This document shows, in pieces, positions 1 to 8,348 of a stretch of DNA of 26,864 nt. Location: IMG/VR virus record IMGVR_UViG_3300020147_000023, positions 1-26,864 of that record, one strand, 5' to 3'. The stretch's first letter is position 1, and each line of letters starts with the position of its first letter. The notes beneath the pieces are model-generated. The model made no database searches, was not told the DNA's origin, and saw only the letters and a list, made by a program, of their open reading frames with translations. Position numbers and translations under genes: made by a program. The stretch is from a virus. Lineage: Duplodnaviria; Caudoviricetes.

Positions 1-2
1 CG

Positions 3-3000
3 GCCTCGCACGGGCTACCGGTCCCTGTGGCCGCATTCGCTGCCGGCTCGGCGACAATGGCCGTCACGGCCGAGAGCGCGCACCCCATCTCGGTGGCCGC
101 ATTCACCGCGGGACCAGCCAGCCTCTCGGCCACCCTGCTCGCGGCCAACACCATCGGGACCGCGGCATTCGTTGCCGGGAGTGCCTCGCTCGAGACGAGC
201 GCGACGGTGACCGGGAACCGGTCGGTCGACAGCGCCGCCTTCGCCGCCGGGAGCGCTAGCCTGGCCGCTTCCGTGTCCCGAGGCCGAGCTGTGTCGAGCG
301 CGAGCTTCGCCGCCGGTGCGGCCACCTTCTCCGCCGAGACCGACATCACGGTCGAGCGGCTCGTCTCGGTCGCCGCTTTCGAGGCGAGCGCCGCGAGCAT
401 GTCGGTCACGGCCTCGTCTCCGCGCCGGATGCTCTGCAACCACCCGCGGCCCAAGCTGAACCTGCCCGGCTACACGCCTCCGCGCCTGCCGTGGCAGCCT
501 CCGACGTTCCTGCCCACGGCCACTGTCTCTGATCTGGCTCGGGCGCTCACAGAGCAGTTCCGGGGTGTCTACGCCGTGCTCCAACAGCTCGGGCAGCGCC
601 GCGCCGTCGTCCCGCTCCTCGAGGACATCGACGCGCGTGCTGGCCAGGTCATCGTCGGCGTCGGGGCAGGCCAGACCATCCTGCTACCCGAGGGCATCGA
701 CGGCGAGCTCGGCCAGGTCAGCATCGTCCTGACCGACGTGTCCGAGCCGGTGAACGTCGTCAACCCGGATGGGACTTTCCTCACGCTCGGCCAGGCCGGC
801 GCCTACGACTTCATCACGGGCACTCCCGAGGTCTACCAGACGAGCCCGGGCGGCAGCGTCGTGGCGGGCGGAGTGCCCACGGACAGGCTGCTCGGGCGCG
901 ACTCGGCAGGAACCGGACCGGTCGAATTCATCGCGGCCGGTACGGGTCTCGAGTTCAGCGGTGTCGGCGCGATCCGCATCTCTGCGGCGGCAGCTGGAGC
1001 GGGCCTCACAGGCGGCGCAGGAAGCGCTCTGGCAGTCGGCGCGGGTGACGGCATCGACATCTCCGCCGACGCGATAGCGGTAGACGTGGGCGACCTGGCA
1101 GGCGCGGGCCTGGAAAACGACGGCTCCAACAATCTCCGGATCGCGTCGAGTGCCGCCGGAGCTGGCCTGACAGGGGGCAGCGGTGCCGCTCTGGCCGTGG
1201 GGGCTGGTGATGGCATCGATGTAGCCGCCGATTCCGTGTCCGTCGACATCAGCGACGTGATCGACAACGTCACTATCGAGTCGTCATCCAATAACGCTCG
1301 TCGCGCGGCCCTGACCGGATTCGCTGCCGCCAACGCGGGCAGCAATCAGACGACCAGTGCCGAGCCCATCGTGACCTTCAGCGCCAGCTCGAACATGAGC
1401 AACGAGCGGGTGCTGAGCGATGGCACGAACACGACGATCAGTACGGCTGTAGCCGGCCAGATCAGCGTAACGGTCGACGACTATCCGCTCTCAGGGCTCG
1501 CTGACCAACCGGCGGAGACATTCGTCGGAAACTTCACAGCCAGCAGCGCGGCGCCCACCGCACGCGCCGGCAGCTCGGTCGCTGGAGCAGGCCTGACTTA
1601 CGCAGCCGGTGGAACGCTGGCCGTCGGTGCCGGTACGGGAGTGACCGTCAATGCCAACGACGTACAGCTGAGCACCGTCACCGCGGAGACGTTCTTTGGG
1701 AATTTCACCGCGTCCACGGCGGCCCCGAGCGCTCGCGCGGGCTCGAGCGTGGCTGGTGCTGGGCTCACGTACACGGCTGGCGGCACTCTCGCTGTGGGAG
1801 CTGGCACCGGCGTCACGGTAAACGCCAACGACATCGCGGTAACCACCCCGCTCTCAGATGGTGACAAGGGGCACATCACCGTCTCCAACAACGGGGCCAC
1901 GTTCACCATCGACGCGGGCGCTGTGGGCACGGTGGAGCTGTCTGCGACCGTAGCCGGCGCGGGTCTTACGGGCGGCGGAGGGACAGCGCTTGCGGTCGGA
2001 GCAGGCACGGGAATCACCGTGAATGCCAACGATGTCGAGGTGACGACGCCGCTGACCGACGGCGGCAAGGGACACATCACAGTCTCGGGCAACGGCACCT
2101 CCTGGACCATCGATGCCAACGCCGTCGGCAACGTCGAGTTGAACGACATGGCCGAGGCGACTCTGAAGGGGCGCGACGCCAACGCCGGCACTGGCAACCC
2201 GCAAGACCTATCAGGCTCGCAGGTTGGAGACATCATCCGATTCTCGACCATCGAGGATGGTCCGACGTCGGTTGGCACCTATGAGCCCACGCTCAACAGC
2301 GAGACGACCATCTACCGCATCAACCCGAACAGCGTGGACATCACGTTCACCGGCTTCGCGTTCTCTGGCGGCAACACGGGCAAGGTCTTCTTGCTCATCA
2401 AGCAGGGCGGAGACGGGCGCTGCATCGTCCAACACAACTCGGGAAGCACGACGGCGAATGGTGCATTCACGCCTTACGAACAGGACTTCATCCTGTCCGG
2501 CGCCAACACATGCGCCATACTCTGGTACCAAAGCAGCTCTAGCCGTTGGAACATCACGGGCGCCAAGATTGCTGATCGCGATTACGGAGACATCACCGTT
2601 AGCGACAACGGCGATACGTGGACCATAGACACAGGCGTCGCAGGCTCCGGGCTCACCGGCGGCGGCGGCAGCGCGCTAGCAGTCGGCGCGGGGACACACA
2701 TCACGGTCAACGCCAACGACGTTGCCGTGAACGTCTCCACGCTGGTTCCGGCCATCGACAGCACCAGCGTCATCGCCAGCGGCAGCGTGCTTCACCGCGC
2801 GGCGCTGACCGGCGCCGTTACCGCGTCTCAGAACAGCAACGCGACAGTGTTCGGCGCGTCCGCGAGCGGAGCCGGGCTCACCGGTGGCGGCACCGCCGTG
2901 CTCGCCGTGGGCGCGGGAACGGGAATCACTGTCTCGGCCGATGCCGTGGCAGTCAACACCGCAACGGACTTCACTTTCACCGGGAGCAACAGCTTCGACG

Positions 3001-3386
3001 GGAACACCGCATTTCAGGGCGGCGTGTTCCTCGGAAGCTTCCTTCGGTACGCCGGGATCCTGAGCGTCACCATCAGCTCGGACCAGAACAATTGGTCGCC
3101 TACCGGAATAGACGAGGTCTCGGTCATCCGAGTCACCGCCAGCGGCGGCAATCGGACGATCACTGGCATCGTGCCGCCGCTCCACAGCACCGTGCTCGTG
3201 ATCATCAACGTCGGCACGAATCTAGTGACGCTCGCGAGCCAGAGCGGGCTCAGTACCTCGACGAACAGATTCGTTCACAACATGGATTCGCCGGCTCTCG
3301 CGGAGAACGAGACGGTTACGATCTGGTACGACAATACCACCCAGCGATGGCGGTTCATCGCCTTCTGCGGCTCGCTGAACGTGTGA
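3..3386 (+). CDS. Tail fibre / receptor-binding protein, 5'-truncated (frame is open to the window edge)
   Basis: Frame 3 has no stop from position 3 to 3386. Gly/Ala/Thr/Ser-rich, with repeated AGAGLTGGxGxALAVGAGxGIxVxAxxVxV and DGDKGHITVS..G.TWTID units and a C-terminal beta-rich knob ending IWYDNTTQRWRF. Confidence 0.8.
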   Translation, partial: ASHGLPVPVAAFAAGSATMAVTAESAHPISVAAFTAGPASLSATLLAANTIGTAAFVAGSASLETSATVTGNRSVDSAAFAAGSASLAASVSRGRAVSSASFAAGAATFSAETDITVERLVSVAAFEASAASMSVTASSPRRMLCNHPRPKLNLPGYTPPRLPWQPPTFLPTATVSDLARALTEQFRGVYAVLQQLGQRRAVVPLLEDIDARAGQVIVGVGAGQTILLPEGIDGELGQVSIVLTDVSEPVNVVNPDGTFLTLGQAGAYDFITGTPEVYQTSPGGSVVAGGVPTDRLLGRDSAGTGPVEFIAAGTGLEFSGVGAIRISAAAAGAGLTGGAGSALAVGAGDGIDISADAIAVDVGDLAGAGLENDGSNNLRIASSAAGAGLTGGSGAALAVGAGDGIDVAADSVSVDISDVIDNVTIESSSNNARRAALTGFAAANAGSNQTTSAEPIVTFSASSNMSNERVLSDGTNTTISTAVAGQISVTVDDYPLSGLADQPAETFVGNFTASSAAPTARAGSSVAGAGLTYAAGGTLAVGAGTGVTVNANDVQLSTVTAETFFGNFTASTAAPSARAGSSVAGAGLTYTAGGTLAVGAGTGVTVNANDIAVTTPLSDGDKGHITVSNNGATFTIDAGAVGTVELSATVAGAGLTGGGGTALAVGAGTGITVNANDVEVTTPLTDGGKGHITVSGNGTSWTIDANAVGNVELNDMAEATLKGRDANAGTGNPQDLSGSQVGDIIRFSTIEDGPTSVGTYEPTLNSETTIYRINPNSVDITFTGFAFSGGNTGKVFLLIKQGGDGRCIVQHNSGSTTANGAFTPYEQDFILSGANTCAILWYQSSSSRWNITGAKIADRDYGDITVSDNGDTWTIDTGVAGSGLTGGGGSALAVGAGTHITVNANDVAVNVSTLVPAIDSTSVIASGSVLHRAALTGAVTASQNSNATVFGASASGAGLTGGGTAVLAVGAGTGITVSADAVAVNTATDFTFTGSNSFDGNTAFQGGVFLGSFLRYAGILSVTISSDQNNWSPTGIDEVSVIRVTASGGNRTITGIVPPLHSTVLVIINVGTNLVTLASQSGLSTSTNRFVHNMDSPALAENETVTIWYDNTTQRWRFIAFCGSLNV

Positions 3387-3388
3387 GG

Positions 3389-3718
3389 TCAGATTGCGCT
3401 ACAGGGCCCCCACGACGTGCAGTAACCCGTTACGCGATCATAGATCGTGGTCTGGCAAACGCGCTCGTCCGGGTAAGACACGAGCGCTTCCTCGAACGTC
3501 AACCCGCACCAGTTGTCGTCCTCGGGCTCCGGCGCGCTCTCGCCTTCGGTCCCGCACTCCTCTGAAGGTGCATCCTCCTCGAGGCATGCGCCGTAATCGG
3601 CTGACCCTGGCGATGAGTAATCACCATACGCCGGGGGGGATGCGCATGCAGGCAGCATCGCCAGGGCCAACAGGAAGATACTCTGTAGGACAACCGAGGT
3701 CTTGGCAACGTGTTTCAT
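3389..3718 (-). CDS. Small Cys-rich acidic lipoprotein (moron; superinfection-exclusion candidate)
   Basis: Basic N-terminus, hydrophobic stretch, lipobox-like LPAC and six further Cys. Start overlaps the stop of the upstream minus-strand gene. Confidence 0.65.
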   Translation of the reverse strand: MKHVAKTSVVLQSIFLLALAMLPACASPPAYGDYSSPGSADYGACLEEDAPSEECGTEGESAPEPEDDNWCGLTFEEALVSYPDERVCQTTIYDRVTGYCTSWGPCSAI

Positions 3719-3984
3719 GGCTCACACACCTGTTCGTTGGCGCGGTTCAGCCAGCATTTGCGGCCATCCCACGCGATATAGGTCTCGTAACGCAAAAGAC
3801 GGCGCGGCTCTTTAACGTCGCGCAGAGACTCGACTTTGGGTGGCTCAGGCAGCGCCGGTGTCGGTGCAACGGCGGCCACGGTTGGCACGGGTCGAACACC
3901 ATCGGCGCGTACCGCTGTGCGGCAGATCACGCGCCCACCGAACAGTAGGGCACCCATCGCGAGAGTCAGCGCCAGTCGCTTCAT
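3715..3984 (-). CDS. Small secreted/membrane-anchored protein (moron)
   Basis: MKRLALTLAMGALLFGG signal-like start (ATG at 3984; ORF track start 4008), Pro-rich linker, C-terminal Cys pair. Coupled to the next gene. Confidence 0.55.
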   Translation of the reverse strand: MKRLALTLAMGALLFGGRVICRTAVRADGVRPVPTVAAVAPTPALPEPPKVESLRDVKEPRRLLRYETYIAWDGRKCWLNRANEQVCEP

Positions 3985-4019
3985 GCCCAGAGCATGGCCG
4001 ACTGTCATTACAATGCAAG

Positions 4020-4076
4020 GCCTACGTCTTTCATGCAGTGTCCTCGTTTGACGTAGGCGTTCCGCGCAGGTACGCT
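4020..4076 (+). promoter_or_regulatory. Putative late promoter 1: inverted repeat GCCTACGTC-N21-GACGTAGGC overlapping TTGACG-N17-TACGCT
   Basis: -35 TTGACG at 4048-4053 and -10 TACGCT at 4071-4076, followed by AAGGAG and ATG 4101. The 38-bp element recurs at 18683-18720. Confidence 0.7.
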
Positions 4077-4100
4077 TCAGTAAAGGAGTCCTCCACAGCC

Positions 4101-4352
4101 ATGCTCTTCCCGCAAACCCCCAGTCCCGCTCGACAAATCACCCTTGGTGCGGCGCTCAGCCTGCTCGTGTTTGGCGCTCTTCTGTTCACCTTTGGCGCAT
4201 GCAGTCAAAGCATCAACAGGGCGGTGGTCGAGTGCAAGCTTAACGCTCTGCGCGCGCTCCCGGACGACCCGATGATGGTCACGCCGTACGATGCGGTCGA
4301 CCTGATTCACCGGATCAAGGCGTGCCACGCGCCGGACGGCGGCTCGCAATGA
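4101..4352 (+). CDS. Small membrane protein/lipoprotein of the lysis cassette (spanin-like candidate)
   Basis: ATG 4101 downstream of AAGGAG. Hydrophobic segment ends in lipobox-like FGAC, with two more Cys. ATGA overlap with the next gene. Confidence 0.6.
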   Translation: MLFPQTPSPARQITLGAALSLLVFGALLFTFGACSQSINRAVVECKLNALRALPDDPMMVTPYDAVDLIHRIKACHAPDGGSQ

Positions 4353-4720
4353 GCGGCCAGCAGCCGGCAACGCGGGAGCCGTTTCGCTACGCCGAGGATT
4401 ACGAGCCGTACAGCGAGCAGACGGTCAACGAGGCCATCCCGCTCATCACTCCAGTCCAGCGCTACATGCTGGAGGGGCTCGACAAGATCTCAAAGGCGCA
4501 GGGCGTAACGAACGAAAGGCTCAACGGAGTTGAGGCCACGCTTACCGCGATTGTGCCGCGTCTGGAGCAGCTCGAGAAGCATGCGGCGTGGTGGCAGAAG
4601 GGCGTGGCCGTGTTCAAGTACGCCGCCTTTGGACTCGCGACTCGTTACTTCCCCGAGCTCGCGGCGAGCGTCGCGAAGTACGCGCCAGCCATCCTCGACG
4701 CGGCGGGCAAGGCGCCATGA
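4349..4720 (+). CDS. Holin-like protein (coiled coil plus C-terminal hydrophobic segment)
   Basis: ATGA overlaps at both ends. Directly precedes the endolysin. Function inferred from position only. Confidence 0.5.
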   Translation: MSGQQPATREPFRYAEDYEPYSEQTVNEAIPLITPVQRYMLEGLDKISKAQGVTNERLNGVEATLTAIVPRLEQLEKHAAWWQKGVAVFKYAAFGLATRYFPELAASVAKYAPAILDAAGKAP

Positions 4721-5130
4721 TCAAGCTCGGTAAGGTCAGCCAAAACAACCTGGAAACCTGTCACCCGAAGCTTCGCCAGCTGGTGACCGAGTTGGCGCGT
4801 CGAGTCCCCAAGGCGCTCGATTTCTCGGTCACATGCGGGCATCGGGGCGAGAGGGAGCAGAACGAAGCGCTCGAGTCGGGATGGTCCACGAAAGCATGGC
4901 CAGACTCGCTCCACAACAAGGAGCCGAGCCTGGCCGTCGACCTGGCCCCGTATCCCGTCGACTGGAAGGACAGGGCGCAATTTGCGCGACTAGCGGGCTA
5001 CGTCCAAGCGGTTGCGGATGATCTTGGCATCAAGATCAGATGGGGTGGCGACTGGGACCAGGATGGTCGCACCGCAGACGAGCGATTCGTCGACATGCCT
5101 CACTTCGAGCTCGCCAAGGGGGAGTGGTGA
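4717..5130 (+). CDS. Endolysin, M15 family Zn peptidase (L-Ala-D-Glu peptidase type)
   Basis: Motifs HPKL, GHR..EQ, SLH......AVD, IRWGGDW and DMPHFEL are typical of T5-like M15 endolysins. ATG 4717 overlaps the upstream stop. Confidence 0.92.
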   Translation: MIKLGKVSQNNLETCHPKLRQLVTELARRVPKALDFSVTCGHRGEREQNEALESGWSTKAWPDSLHNKEPSLAVDLAPYPVDWKDRAQFARLAGYVQAVADDLGIKIRWGGDWDQDGRTADERFVDMPHFELAKGEW

Positions 5131-5360
5131 ACTGGTCCCCGCTGTTCCTCAAGGCCGCGCCGGTTGCGCTCAAGGTCATCGACTTCGGATTCGCTGTGGC
5201 GCAGAAGGCCGTCGACTGGAACGACGCGCGGCTCGCGCGCAAGCGCAAGGCGAAGCAGTGGGCCGAGACGCCCAGCGTCATTCGCGGCTGCGCGCGCTGC
5301 AACGAGATCGCCTACACGCCGGGCCAAGTGGCGTGCTCCAAGTGCGGAGGCCTGCTCTGA
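5127..5360 (+). CDS. Small protein with a C-terminal CxxC...CxxC zinc ribbon
   Basis: GTGA overlap with the endolysin stop. CARC...CSKC. Ends 3 nt before the next ATG. Confidence 0.6.
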   Translation: MNWSPLFLKAAPVALKVIDFGFAVAQKAVDWNDARLARKRKAKQWAETPSVIRGCARCNEIAYTPGQVACSKCGGLL

Positions 5361-5363
5361 GCC

Positions 5364-8348
5364 ATGCCCGTTGAGCTGCTGAACATCCCGCTGAACAGCG
5401 GCGCTCGTGAGGACCTGGACAGCAAGCTCTTGCCCGAGGGCTTGCTGAGGTCACTCACCAATGGCCGGCTGCGCAAGGGGGGCGAGATTGGCGTGCGGCA
5501 CGGCTACCGCGCGCTGGGCTCCGCCTGCTTTGGCGGCGGCGTGCTCAAAGCGTTCGATCTGGTGAGCCACAACGAGACGCTGCTGGCACTCGGCAGCGAG
5601 CGCAGCGCCGCGGGCGGCCCGGAGAAGGTGTTCACCTGGAACGAGAATACGAGCCAGTGGAAGGGCGAGGAGACGGGCTCGCGCCCGAGGGCGTTCAGCG
5701 CTATCAGCGAGCTCGAGCAGGTGTTCCGTCCGCCGTTCGTGAAAGTCGACGAGGATCAGTTCTATGACATCGCCTACGCAAACAACCACGTGGCGCTCGT
5801 GTACGAAGATCACGGCGACAGCGGCAACGTCATCGTCCACATCTTCGACCCAGACAACGGAAGCGTACTGTTCTCGACCACGGTCGCATCACGCACCCAT
5901 CCGCGGGTGGTGGGTGTGGGATCCGTGTTCGTCTTTGCTTGGCAAGACAGTTCCGACGACGTGCGCGCCGCGACGTTCACGGTGGGAAGCAGCACAGCCC
6001 TTTCCGCCGAGACCGTGCTGCACAGCACCGGAACGGTGGGAGACGGTATTGACCTTGCCCCCGTGGCTGGTGCCTCCGAGTTCATCCTTCTCGTTGTCCG
6101 TTCAGACACATCCGTCTGCACCATTCGACGGTGCACTACCGCTCTATCGGTGTCAGCAACGGGCACGCTGACCTCCACGGACGTGAGCCTGGCGAGCGTC
6201 GCGAGCGCGACGGGCACCGCCGGAACCGTCGTCGCCTACGTCGACACGAGCGGCAACTACGAGGTTGAGAGCTTCAACACGTCAACGCTTGCGAGCACGG
6301 TTGGGCCGACGACGCTGTTCGGTGGCGCGACCGGCACGCGCGTCCCGGCGATAGTCCTCAAGAGCTCGACGGAGTTCGTCGCCGCGGCAGCGATTCCCGA
6401 CACCGTAGACCAGCAGGTCAAAGTTGACGTCCGGAACCTCTCCGATCATGTCGCGAGTGCCACGAATACCTTCCGGGAGGTGTCCCTCCAGTCGAAGCCG
6501 TTCGTAAGCCCGGACGGTCTCTTCGTCGGGGCGCTGAGCCCATACGCCGGCGAAACACTCCTCGCGTTCACCGGCATCTTCGACCTGGAGCACGGGCGGG
6601 GGTATGAATGCGCGCACCATCGCGGCATTGCGCTCGATGCGCTTCCCTCGTGGCTCGGCAGCGTCGCCACCGACGGGACCCGCTACTGGGGCGTGTTCCC
6701 GGTCACAGACCTGAATTGCCAGCACACGCCTGTCGTCATGCAATGGCGGTGCATGAGCCCGGAGCGTCGGCAGACAGCGAGCCTCGGTGGGCTCCTGTTC
6801 GTAGCTGGCGGATTCGTAGGATGCTGGGACGGGACTCGGTTCGTCGAGGCCGGGTACTTCGACACGCCCATCATCGAGTCGGCCACACCGAGCGACGGCA
6901 ACGGCTCTCTCACATCGGGCTCGCTCTACGTCTATGCCGTCGCGTATGAATGGTACGACGCGCAGGGTAACCGGCATCTCTCGCCGGTCAGCGACGATGT
7001 GAACGTGGTCACCGGCGCGAGCGATGACATGGTCACGCTCGTCGTCTCGACGCCGCACTCGCTGCGCGTTAGCCAGAGCGCGGACACGGGCGGCAAGGTC
7101 ATCGTATACCGAACTAAGGTGGCGCCAGATCGCTCCAAGCGGAGAACGACTTTCGCGTTCAGCACATCGAGCTTTGCTCAATCGATCACCATCGAAGATT
7201 CGTCGTCCGATGCCGAGATATCTACGCAGGAAGTGATCTACACGCAAGGCTCGCGCGGCACGCTATCGGTTCCGCGGCAACACGAGGCGCCGTACCCGGC
7301 CCAGTACCTTTGCCCTGGCTCAGCGCGCATCTCCAGCGCTGGATTGCCGAACCAGAGCGAGTGGCAGCGCAGCAAACGGTTTTTCCCGAGTGAGCCTATT
7401 GAGTGGTCATCCACTCCTGGGCATTTCGGGACCATCACAGGCCGAACCACGGCCGTTTTCTCACAGGACGATGTTGATTATGTCGCGAGCCGCTCGGAGG
7501 TATTCGTCGTTGGTGGAGTGGGTCCAGACGACAACGGAAATGGCGAATTCGATGCCCCGCGCGCCATCCCTGGAGACGCAGTTGGCGTCATTGACTGGCG
7601 CAGTATCCTGCGAACTGCCAGCGGTACTTGGTTCCAAGCCTATCCCGATCGTCTGTATCTTCTGCCCCGTGGAGGAGGCGCAGCTCAATGGCTTAGCCAA
7701 GCAGTCCGAGATACTCTCTCGGCTCACCCGGTCATCGTCGGAGCCGCCATCTCCGGAGTCGATGACACCGCTGTTTGGGCTTGCAACGATGCCGCAGGGA
7801 CCTCTCGCCGACTCGTCTGCACCGATCTGCGAAACGGCGCCTGGTACGTTGACGATCTGAGCGAGCTACCGAGCGGCGTCATCCAGAGCATCTGCGAACA
7901 CCAGGGCCGTATCCACCTGGTCATCGATGGGCTCGTCTATCGGCAGGACACGACATTCCCGGCCACCTCGTTCATCCCGATGACGCTCATCACGGGCAGC
8001 GTCGCCCCAAGCGGAACCGAGGGATACTGCAAGCTGAAAGGCTTCATCTCGACCGGCAAGCATAGGGCTCGCCACAAGCTGGAGGGAGATGTGAGCTTCG
8101 ATGACGGCGTGACGTTCGGCACGGCCGGGCAATGCGTCACGGCGCCGGTGACCATCGACACGGGATACTCGGCGGACGACACCGTGAGCAAGTCGTGGCG
8201 GCCTAAGCGGCGTAAAGGTGACCGCTTCGTGCTACGATTGCGCACCACCGAGGACTCTGGCGCGAGCGAGGGCGAGACGCTCTCCAGCATCACGCTGGAG
8301 GTCATCCGGAAGCGCAAGAGCCGCCGCAGCGCGGCGAAGGGAACGTGA
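5364..8348 (+). CDS. Tail nozzle / tail tubular protein B-like (P22 gp10 / T7 gp12 positional analogue)
   Basis: 994 aa, beta-rich. N-terminal G...D....LP.G.....N......G....R.G pattern typical of nozzle proteins, internal YVYAVAYEWYDAQGNRHLS module. Lies directly upstream of the ejection genes. Confidence 0.7.
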   Translation: MPVELLNIPLNSGAREDLDSKLLPEGLLRSLTNGRLRKGGEIGVRHGYRALGSACFGGGVLKAFDLVSHNETLLALGSERSAAGGPEKVFTWNENTSQWKGEETGSRPRAFSAISELEQVFRPPFVKVDEDQFYDIAYANNHVALVYEDHGDSGNVIVHIFDPDNGSVLFSTTVASRTHPRVVGVGSVFVFAWQDSSDDVRAATFTVGSSTALSAETVLHSTGTVGDGIDLAPVAGASEFILLVVRSDTSVCTIRRCTTALSVSATGTLTSTDVSLASVASATGTAGTVVAYVDTSGNYEVESFNTSTLASTVGPTTLFGGATGTRVPAIVLKSSTEFVAAAAIPDTVDQQVKVDVRNLSDHVASATNTFREVSLQSKPFVSPDGLFVGALSPYAGETLLAFTGIFDLEHGRGYECAHHRGIALDALPSWLGSVATDGTRYWGVFPVTDLNCQHTPVVMQWRCMSPERRQTASLGGLLFVAGGFVGCWDGTRFVEAGYFDTPIIESATPSDGNGSLTSGSLYVYAVAYEWYDAQGNRHLSPVSDDVNVVTGASDDMVTLVVSTPHSLRVSQSADTGGKVIVYRTKVAPDRSKRRTTFAFSTSSFAQSITIEDSSSDAEISTQEVIYTQGSRGTLSVPRQHEAPYPAQYLCPGSARISSAGLPNQSEWQRSKRFFPSEPIEWSSTPGHFGTITGRTTAVFSQDDVDYVASRSEVFVVGGVGPDDNGNGEFDAPRAIPGDAVGVIDWRSILRTASGTWFQAYPDRLYLLPRGGGAAQWLSQAVRDTLSAHPVIVGAAISGVDDTAVWACNDAAGTSRRLVCTDLRNGAWYVDDLSELPSGVIQSICEHQGRIHLVIDGLVYRQDTTFPATSFIPMTLITGSVAPSGTEGYCKLKGFISTGKHRARHKLEGDVSFDDGVTFGTAGQCVTAPVTIDTGYSADDTVSKSWRPKRRKGDRFVLRLRTTEDSGASEGETLSSITLEVIRKRKSRRSAAKGT

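Noticed and set aside
2618-3565. 315-aa Arg/His-rich alternative-frame ORF
   Set aside because: Off-frame translation of the tail fibre gene with typical shadow composition.
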